A DNA stretch of 63,194 nt, counting the filler, from Octopus bimaculoides (Eukaryota): NCBI RefSeq assembly GCF_001194135.2. It is 8 parts of 7 records of this genome, joined end to end, with 100 filler letters (N's around TTAATTAATTAA, not from the genome) between each part and the next. Parts side by side here need not be neighbours in the genome. Positions count along the whole stretch, not along the records: positions 53,131 to 59,174 come from NC_068983.1; positions 59,275 to 62,056 come from NC_068993.1; positions 62,157 to 63,194 come from NC_068995.1; 5 more parts are not named here. One strand, given 5' to 3'. Positions 53,131 to 63,194 of this stretch are shown piece after piece. Under the pieces are notes generated by a model. It saw only the letters and a program-made list of their open reading frames with translations, made no database searches and was not told where the DNA came from. Numbering within the stretch: the stretch's first letter is position 1; every line of letters starts with the position of its first letter. The translations under genes and the position numbers were made by a program.

Positions 53131-53747
53131 AGATGGGTATGGGAGGGGAGAGAAAGAGAGGGTGGGTATAAGAGAGGGAAGGTGGATTGAGAGAGGGGGA
53201 AGGTGGCTATGGGGGGAGAAAGAGAGGAAGAGAAAGAGAGTGAGAGAGAAGAGAGTGAGAGAGAAGGAAGAAGGGTATGGGGGAGACAGAGAGGAAGAGA
53301 AAGAGAGTGAGAGAGAGGGAAAGAGTGAAGAGAGTGAGAGAGTAAGGGTGAGAGAGTAAGGGTGAGAGAGTAAGAGAGTAAGAGTGTAGATAGTAAGAGT
53401 GAGAGAGGGGGGAGTACGCGAGAAGAGAGTGAGAGAGAGTAAGAGAGAGGATAGAAAGAGTAGGGGTGAAGAGAAGTGGGAGTGAAGAGAAGTAGGAAGA
53501 GAAGTTGGAGTGAAGAGAAGTAGGAGTGAAGAGAAGTAGGAAGAGAAGTGGGAGTGAAGTGGGAGTGAAGAGAAGTAGGAAGAGAAGTGGGAGTGAAGTG
53601 GGAGTGAAGAGAAGTAGGAAGAGAAGTTGGAGTGAAGAGAAGTAGGAGTGAAGAGAAGTAGGAATGAAGAGAAGTAGGAAGAGTAGTAGGAGTGAATAGA
53701 AGTAGGAAGAGAAGTAGGAGTGAATAGAAGTAGGAGTGAAGAGAGGT
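53131..53747. repeat. Purine-rich low-complexity tract ending in a GAAGAGAAGT(A/G/T)G(GAGT) minisatellite
   Basis: Direct reading. Bounded by gaps on both sides. Confidence 0.85.
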
Positions 53748-54303
53748 NNNNNNNNNNNNNNNNNNNNNNNNNNNNNNNNNNNNNNNNNNNNNNNNNNNNN
53801 NNNNNNNNNNNNNNNNNNNNNNNNNNNNNNNNNNNNNNNNNNNNNNNATATATATATATATATATATTATGTATATATATGGAAAGACAAACACTTGGAA
53901 AGACAAGCTTCTACGGCCAAATAAAGCAGTGGGACGCTGGATAGAGAGTTCTATTAACTTTCTGCGTGCAAGTCTCGGTCCTAAACTCTCTGAACTTAAG
54001 TATTAGCACAATATACACGGAGAGTGGTCTGTTTTACACACAGGTGGGCCGAGCAGAATCTATTCTTGAAATGGTAGGCATAATGACGAATGCATGTATC
54101 ACATCCGCGACATATATTACTGTTTTACCCTTGTCCATTGCTCTAATTATGTTGCGACCAGTTTGAAGCATCATCTCGCTCACTCTTTGTGAAAGACATT
54201 TGTCCGCTTATCTACTGTCAAATTAGTCTACACCGAAGGTTCTGATGCTGCGACTGCTGATGAGTAGATAAACGCAAATGATACGATGTCTACAAATATT
54301 CTA

Positions 54304-55195
54304 CAGGGTGAGCAGCTGTTGTGCCCTTTTCAATAACATTTTGCTCAGCTCATGACGTTTTTTTTTATAACAGAACTGCAACCTTGAGGCATGCTACGAA
54401 CGCGACGGAGCGCCGAAATCTAGAGAGCATAAAGAAGAGAGGTTAGACCGATTGGGATAACACCCCGACAAACTCGAGCATATCCAGCATTGTGAACAAC
54501 ACCACCTTCCGCAACGTGTTAAGGTAATTGTCACCATTAACTGTATACTGAAAAAGAAGCACCAAGGACTCCTGAGCACGACAGACCAGTCAACAACATG
54601 ACAATTGGCTGATTCATTTAAGTAGCTATACGTAAGTTCGGGCTTTCGTCTTACCAGTAAATGTAGTTGCGCCTGTTGACATGACCTGTCCGACCAAACA
54701 ATATTGACAAGGAATTGTGGGTTTCCACGAATCTAATTCAGTGTGATTTCCTCCGAACGGCATACGACGATCTGGGTCATCCTCTGTTAGGTGTTGCAAG
54801 AGTCTTGAGTGGTATGTCTACAAGTTCAGTTTTTCATGAGACGACCCAGAGATACTCAACTTAGCCAATGCTCGTCTGGAACACGTCTTAGGTACATTCA
54901 CAAATGTCAGTGCTACTCGCATCTCATTTTCTTCATTAGAAGCAGCTTGTGGGCGCCCGAAGTTTGGGACGTTCTTCATTGAACCTGTCACTTCGAATGT
55001 GGCTTTTATCTTGTAAATCGATTGTTGAAACAGTGCGTCAGTAAAAAAATGATCTCTCCACTTCTGGCGCACCTTTTTCTGCACTTTAAAATTGGCTCAA
55101 ATTTCTTTCGTTATTTGTCACGTTGTCCGCCATTACATCTCACAACACTGAAGAACTAAAAAATAAGGCTTTCAACTTATATTTGTACCACCCTA
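54304..55195 (-). mobile_element. Decayed Tc1/mariner-superfamily element with CAGGGTG termini
   Basis: ta|cagggtg at 54302 and caccct(a)|ta near 55195. Minus-strand FEVTGSM...GRP...ENEMRV...SRRAL, GHVNRRNYIYW and DFGAP remnants. Confidence 0.62.
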
Positions 55196-55284
55196 TACCG
55201 AAACACACACACGCATATGACTTGGGTTTACATACACATACACACACGCACGCACATACATGCATACCTACATACATACATACA

Positions 55285-55344
<60 letters not shown>

Positions 55345-57957
55345 GATATATTTATATCTATAAATATACCTATGTTCTTATACTTAAATAGAGTCACATC
55401 TTCGTAAATAGTAATGAGTATACATCTAGAAAGATAAGTTTGTATACGTGTATTTATATACATGCATTGCTGCGCATGTCACAAACACATCAATAAATGT
55501 GCGTAAGTTGTACTGTAAGAATTCTCATTTTCCAATTAAACTAGGAAGATCTTATTGAGCGGAAGCCAAGATTGTGACACAAGATCTACGAGGGGATTTT
55601 ATCTCTTTGTTCAGTTACATATCTCTAAATATATGTTTGTCAGCGTCTTCACCTGTACTCGCTGTGCATCTTGCCAAATAGTAAGAGAATAATAGAAATA
55701 AATGAACGCTGACGAGAGATAGTGAATTCAAAACGAGAGAGGGAGAGAGAGGGAGAGTAATGAAGAGGGACATTAAAGTGAATATAAATGCGTCTCTTGT
55801 TGAATTCTTTATCAAACTATTCAAATCTGGTATGGGCGATTTTCAATGTATTTGTATGAAATTAATATTATTGGAAAGGGTTGTTTAGAAGCAGATCTAA
55901 AGTTAGTAAAATCACAGAAGGCATGGATGTCTTTGTGATGTCAGATGTAATTTTATTTGTATTGATAAATGATGCTGGAATCGGGGATTATTAATAGGAA
56001 ATATAAAAGGATTTGCGGAAGTCTACAAAATGGCCATAAATAGAAATTAAAACTGCCTTGAAATCCAAAATTCTAATGGGAGATGTTGATTTTTATTTCA
56101 ATTAGGATATATAAGAACCCATTCAAGAGAGAGAGAGACTACCAGTTACTGAGTGAGTGAATTGAAAATGAAATAAATTGAAAGATTTACGAGATAAGGG
56201 TTTCATTGAAATTCTAATGGAATAATTTATTTCAAGATTATCATTCCTGGAATAACAAGGTTTGAAAAGAAATTTTTATAGGCAGAGATGCTATCGAAAC
56301 AAAATATGAAAGCATTTTATTTTTATTTTATTTAAAGATAATTAATTTTTTCCTTTTCTGTCTTCGCTTTTGTGGTCACCTCCCTTACCGTCCTCTCTAT
56401 ATTTGGCGTGTGTTTGATTTTGCTATCTATATGAATCAGGCCGTACAAGCAACAGTACCACAGCGAATAACTCGATAACTTGCTATAGCTTGTCATTACA
56501 GATAGAATTAGTATTATCTCTACAGAGGTTCAGTACTTGGTAGAATACTGAATTTAAAGATGCAATGTGTTTGTAGCATCCTTATTGGAAGCGGAAGCGT
56601 TTCATGTAAGATGCAATTATATTGAAGAACATTTACAATAAAAAAAAAGAGGTTTGAAGTATTATTTCTATATTAATAAATGTATAACTGTAATATATCG
56701 GAATTCCCATAACCATCTCAACCATCTTTATTTATAATAATATTAACAAAACACCAGGATTGGATATTTTATCAGGAAGACAGAAGCATTCATTTTAAAC
56801 AAATAGAGAAAATATTCACTATTCGGGACGGAAAACACACATTACGTATATTGTCCGTAAAGAAAGAATGGAGGAAATTTATATTACCTCTTCCATTAGA
56901 TTCCCCCCTAATAAAGGACGCCTTAGTTCTTTGTTGATTTTTTTTCTGTATTATATCAATATAATGTGCTTGGATATTTGATTTCTATATTCATGGACTT
57001 CCATTTTAGAACAGCATATTTTCAATATTTCACAATCAGCTTTTTCATACAAAGGAAGAGCCAAAGCTTACTACACCAGTTATCTAACACCTTCTTGCTA
57101 TTGTTGTTGTTATTGTTTTTGTTGTTGTTATTGATGATGATGATGACGCTGATGAAGATCATCATCATCATCATCATGGTGATGTAAGGAACAGGAGGAG
57201 GATAGTTTTGTTCTTTGCACTGATGACTCAACCGCTGATCAACGCTGTTCATTTCATGACTAGCGCCAATTGATTAAAGGCAATATATGGTGTGATTAGC
57301 GTAATTTGACTCATGTTGAGCGTAGAATATTACTGTTTAATTTTTCTGGTTCATATGGCTATTATTTCTAAAAGTGGTGCATTATTTATAGATTAGGAAA
57401 TATTCAGAGCTTTGGATTTTCGAGTCAGTAGCGTACAGAGTTGTCCAAAAGTCCATCGACTATTGCACAATATAATAAAACCGTTATCTATTATATATCT
57501 ACATTTATTCTTTTATAAGCAATAAATACACATATTGGAAAACATTTTGAATTTGTTTTAAAAACTACGTATTTGAAAAGGCCACTATTTTACAACGGCG
57601 AGTCCTTTCTTAAGAGGATTCCATCACCATTCGTAATATTTCTTTGCTTATTCCTTCAATTTCCTCATGTATGTTTGCCAAAACTTACTGGATTGATTAA
57701 GGTTTGTTACGATATACAGTGTCTTTCATATATATATATATATATATANNNNNNNNNNNNNNNNNNNNNNNNNNNNNNNNNNNNNNNNNNNNNNNNNNNN
57801 NNNNNNNNNNNNNNNNNNNNNNNNNNNNNNNNNNNNNNNNNNNNNNNNNNNNNNNNNNNNNNNNNNNNNNNNNNNNNNNNNNNNNNNNNNNNNNNNNNNN
57901 NNNNNNNNNNNNNNNNNNNNNNNNNNNNNNNNNNNNNNNNNNNNNNNNNNNNNNNNN

Positions 57958-58560
57958 CTCGTCAGATTAAGAAAACCTTGTGCGGACTCTGTTAACCAAT
58001 TTTCGAGCACTAAGATGCAACATGAGTGTAAAAATACATTTCCTGCAGAAACTCGTCAGATTAAGAAAACCTTGTGCGGACTCTGTTAACCAATTTTCGA
58101 GCACTAAGATGCAACATGAGTGTAAAAATACATTTCCTGCTGAAATGTTACGACTATGTCCCTGAAAATCATATGCAATAAGTGAGGAGCAAGAACAAAT
58201 GTTCCAGCAAGACATCAAAACCATCACGACTAAGTATCAAGGCACACAAACTTGATGGCTAACTACTTTTGGTCTGTGCAAACAGACATTCGTTGTGCAA
58301 GATATTCACGCAAAGCAGCAAAGGAAAAAGTCTTTCTTTGTGAAACGCCAGTTTCACAGAGACATCTAAGATCTGTAATGAAACATTTTGTGTAATATAT
58401 TTCTTAAACAATAAATAGTATCATTTGGATTGTGTTTATATTTTATTGAGTATTACATATTTTTTTTTTGTTTTGTAAAATATGAATTTATATTTCACAA
58501 AAACTTGACACGATAGAAAGTTTCAAGGGCATTTCTGAACTCACTACTACCAAATTGTAA
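57958..58560 (+). mobile_element. Chapaev3-type transposase C-terminal remnant
   Basis: CNMSVKIHFL and SEEQEQMFQQDIKT...YQG fragments, followed by aaaacttgacacgatag 3' sequence. Confidence 0.7.
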
Positions 58561-59274
58561 AGTGTAAGACAACTAAATTTCGTTTTTAGAAAATGTTCCC
58601 CATTGTTATTAATGAAATAATGAGAGCAGCTGATCAACCCCATTATTTCCGGACAAACAATACAATCGCGCTTATTCAGAGAATAAGCTGTAGAAAACAA
58701 TCTTCAGGGGATGAAGGAAAATTGACTGTACTTTGGGAATCAGCATGACAATTTTAGTCTAAATCATTTGAGATTGCAATTTCAACAGAAATTATGTTCA
58801 AAATTGTTCGTTGTGTTATTTCACTACGAGGAAGCTCTAAGACATACGCGCCCAACGTATCCGGAGATGGGATGGGAATTCGTTATTTGTGTTTTGTAAT
58901 CTTCATTTGTACGTATGGCAATACTTCTTCGTGCTATGGAGGAAGAGAAAGAAATATTTGGTTTGTCTGGTATTAAGAAAGCTAAATTAAATACACGTTC
59001 AAGATTGTAACAGAAAAATTGACCATTCATTAAAATGAATAAATACGTTTAATGAATATGAAGGTTAACAATGCGCAGTAAACACATGCATCAAAAATAT
59101 CTTTCAACAGATTTTGCGAACTGTTTCAGCAACCACAATAGCTGCACATACACACGCACATAACACCCCCCCCCNNNNNNNNNNNNNNNNNNNNNNNNNN
59201 NNNNNNNNNNNNNNNNNNTTAATTAATTAANNNNNNNNNNNNNNNNNNNNNNNNNNNNNNNNNNNNNNNNNNNN

Positions 59275-59660
59275 CTTTTACTTGTTTCAGTCATTTCACT
59301 GAGGCCATTGTGGAACACCGCCTTCAGTCGAACAAGTCGACCCCAGGACTTATCCTTTGTAAGCTTAATACTTATTCTATCGGTCTCTTTTGCCGAACCG
59401 TTAAGTTACGGGGTTATAAGCACACCAACATCGGTCGTCAGGCGATGGTGGGGAGACAAACACAGGTGCACAAACATATACATATATACGTACACACACA
59501 CACACATATATATGGGCTTTCAGTTTTCGCCCAACAAATCTACTCACAAGGCTTTGGTCGGCCCAATGCTATAGTAGAAGACATGTGCCCAAGGTGATAC
59601 GCAGTGGGACTCAACCCGGAATCATGTGGTTGGGAAGAAAACCTCTTACCACACAGCCAC
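59275..59660 (-). mobile_element. tRNA-derived SINE (same family as 6030-6415)
   Basis: In-window similarity, including the internal CA/TA tract and the head ending cacacagccac. Confidence 0.8.
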
Positions 59661-59675
59661 TCCGGCCTCTATGTG

Positions 59676-59713
<38 letters not shown>

Positions 59714-59935
59714 CATATATATATATGTATATATATGTATATGTATATATATGTGCATGAATGTATATATATGTATATATATGTGCATATATATATATGT
59801 ATATGTGTATCTATATATGCAATATATATACATATATCAAATACACTGCTTTACTTTGAGTTTGTTAGTGTTAACGATACTCGCAAATAAAATACATATA
59901 TACACGTTCACACGCACGCACACAAACACTTAGAC

Positions 59936-60772
59936 ACAGCAGACAGCATAGAACGAGTGATCAGAACATCTTTGAGATCACATTGTCTTGTGATGGCATA
60001 GTCTAGGAAGTGCCAATACTTGGATCTGGGATGTTGCCATGTTGTCTTGAAGCGGTTCCTTTGCCTGAAGAAGGTGTTTGTCACAGCAAGTTGGTGTTCA
60101 GAGCACAGTCCAAGAAGATGTCCATTTGCATTGGAGTTCCTGACTCCGTCTTTCCCGACAACCTTCTCCCAAAGTTGATGGTTTTTGCCAAGCCTTGCAT
60201 TGAAGTCCCCCAGTAGGAGGATTTTATCTGAACTGGGGACAGCTGTGAGTTGTTGGTCGAGTTGATGGTAGAACTCTTCCTTTATATTGTCCTCAGCATT
60301 CAATGTTGGAGCATAGATGGAAAAGATGGTGATGAAAGAAGATATTGAGAGGGAAATTCGGATGGACATGATTCTCCCCGTGATGCAGGACGGAGTCAAA
60401 TTGAGGGATTTTACAAGTTTTGTCTTGATTGCAAAACCCACACCGTGCATATGAGTTTGGCCAGGCTCCTTTCCTTTCCAGAAGATCGTATATCCGGAAC
60501 CTTGTTCTTCAAGTCAGCCTTCCCCTGAGAGCCTGGTTTCACTCAGAGCTGCGAGGTCCACATCGAAACGGCTCAGTTCGTGTGTGACGAGGGCTGTTCT
60601 TCTGGCTGGTCGATTTGTGTCCCTGTGATCCAGAATTGTCCGAACGTTCCAAGTAGCAAAGTTCATAAAGTTCATTACAGTAGTATTTCGGCTGCAGAAT
60701 AGGTGACTCGCTGAATGCAGCTTTCCAGCCGGGTAGAGTTGCAACATCCGATGTTTAGCCCACCTTTTCTAG
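59936..60772 (-). mobile_element. RTE (BovB-like) LINE 5' end with APE endonuclease domain
   Basis: FATWNVRT, ALSETRL, HGVGFAI, IYAPT, LLGDFNAR, TNTFF and TTWQHPRSKYWHFLDY. One in-frame stop. Confidence 0.9.
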
Positions 60773-62156
60773 NNNNNNNNNNNNNNNNNNNNNNNNNNNN
60801 NNNNNNNNNNNNNNNNNNNNNNNNNNNNNNNNNNNNNNNNNNNNNNNNNNNNNNNNNNNNNNNNNNNNNNNNATGAATTAGGGTAATGAGCTTATATGCA
60901 ATGTTTAGGGTGTTTTTGCTCCTTAATCGTTGCATAACGAAATATTGCGTCCTCACAAGTCATTGATAATTACATACCAGCTTCCAGGAATATGTTGAAT
61001 ATGTAAAGTTGGTACATCCAATAACATTACACCGCTATATGTAGTGGCTATTTAAGCAATGTGTTCGTGGATGATTAAGGGGTTAGATGGGTGCTAATGA
61101 AGAAGCAAAAACTCCCGAAATATGGCATATACACCCATTACCCTTCTTTTTTTATCTTCAATCTCATTGTTTGTTTACATCTGACGTCTCGGATACAAAA
61201 AACGTCGTAACAAAATCAGTGCTGGCTATAATTTTTATAGAATATCTGTAGAGATAATCTTAAGAAGTGATTTAAATTAAATATCCGGCAAACTTCAGGG
61301 CTCGACGTAATCAAAGAAAACACTTGAAAGCTATGCCTCAGTATGGCCGGGATCTAATGACTGTGACCAGTGAAAGAATAAAAGAATGAGTTTTATGCTC
61401 TTAATCCCTCTACCCCTCTTTAATAAAAATATTTGATGTAGTTTATAGAAAATATGAGGAATTGGGTATTATAATGAATTATACATTTGAAACAGCGAGA
61501 GAATAAATAATTCCAGGAATTCACTCTTATATTTGTAAACAGATTTTAAAAAGGAGAGTGGGTTTTCTTTTGAAAACTGTTCCAGTAAAAAAAATTCTTT
61601 ATACATTTCTTTCTGTTTCTTTTAGATAAAACATTAAAATAGCTTTGGGGAAACCCAAGTGCTTTGCTATGAAATGGGATTCATAGTCTCACTGTAATTT
61701 CAGTTTCATTTTCTATTTTATTGCATAGTAGAGCAAGGTCAGCACCTATAGTTTTATGCGTAAATTCCAGGATAGAAACCATGTGATGATGCATTAAGAG
61801 GAAATGAATCAGTATACGAGTTCTCTGAAGACTGGAAACGTGATCCAAATGATTGAAAAGGCGAGGTGATAGTGTTTGTTACTTAAGCCAGTCACATTGT
61901 ATCTAGACTTGCATTATCCAACGTTTTCTTCAATTTTTCTTTTTCTTTTTCAAATTGGCTTGGTGTAATTAGAAGGAGGCCAAACAGCTTTTTGTTACAG
62001 ATGGGACGACCACATATAGACTTTTGACAACACATCATAATAATAAAGACACTATTNNNNNNNNNNNNNNNNNNNNNNNNNNNNNNNNNNNNNNNNNNNN
62101 TTAATTAATTAANNNNNNNNNNNNNNNNNNNNNNNNNNNNNNNNNNNNNNNNNNNN

Positions 62157-62228
<72 letters not shown>

Positions 62229-62585
62229 TCTTGATATGTAGATAGATTGATTGAATGATTTATTGGGTTGACCTAGGGCCTATGAGAGACGATACTCGTT
62301 CAAGGTATTGCATAGTAGATTTGAACCCAGGTTCCCGTGATTGTAAAGCAAATTCTTAACTATTTAACTACGTTGTTTCCCTACCATTTGATGCCACTCT
62401 CCAATATCCATCTAGCACATACATTCTGTTACAGCAAAGAAGCACTGCTGTCGAGGTAGCCTTTTCCTTCAACGGTGAAGGCATCTCCTGCTGTTAATTT
62501 CTTAGCCACTTATGGTCTCTTCAGATCAAAACTAGAAACTGAATGATTGATTGGCTGAATCAGTGAATGAATAAAAGATTGTTTG

Positions 62586-62619
<34 letters not shown>

Positions 62620-62996
62620 AGAATGTTTCATTGATTGATTGATTGATTGACTGATATGTTGTATACGTTTGTGTATGTTTGTCAAAGTTTTTGTGCATGT
62701 GTAGGTGTTGTAAAGCTGTTATTAATCTTTTGTTCCAAATTTCAACTCCACCAGGATTCACGTGAACGAATAGACAGTGTAGTCTCACTCATACTTGATA
62801 TATTTGGTCTTTATAGTCTACATTGAGGATATTATCCATTTCTTTTTGTAAATTCAAACATACATAAATGGCATTTATGGTTACAGAGGCAGAAAATGAC
62901 AGAGACAGCGGCTGTGTGCATGTGTGTGATAGGGTGAAAGAGAAAGATAAGAAAAAAGCGAGAAAGACAGAGAGAGAGATGGAGAGAGAGCGAGTG

Positions 62997-63029
<33 letters not shown>

Positions 63030-63155
63030 CGGAGGTTGTTTATGAGAGGGAGTAAGAGTGGGACAGTGTGTGAAGAAAGGTAATTACAAATAAATACGTA
63101 ATACACTTAAATAGTGTACATAAAAGAGTGTGTATATATATATATATATAGATAT

Positions 63156-63194
<39 letters not shown>

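Overview
Repeat-rich animal genomic DNA from a fragmented assembly. Its SINE families, (AC)n/(TA)n/(TATG)n load and transposon mix are most consistent with an octopus (coleoid cephalopod); that assignment is inference. Seven 100-nt gaps carry an artificial TTAATTAATTAA spacer, so the window is eight joined blocks whose adjacency is not guaranteed. Only three host exons are recognisable: one PKA catalytic-subunit exon (+, 8479-8607) and two SSRP1 exons (-, 13166-13351 and 11953-12058). The rest is mobile DNA: tRNA-derived SINEs, several decayed Tc1/mariner families, two Chapaev3-type transposase remnants, RTE and R4/Dong LINE fragments, hAT and piggyBac-type MITEs, and Penelope-like element (PLE) remnants. 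The most interesting signals are hammerhead-ribozyme-like motifs in several unrelated PLE-type terminal repeats (best formed at 43304-43407) and inverted, foldback PLE architectures. Hammerheads in PLEs are an established phenomenon, so I do not claim a new biological system. Whether these particular families are described would need a database search.
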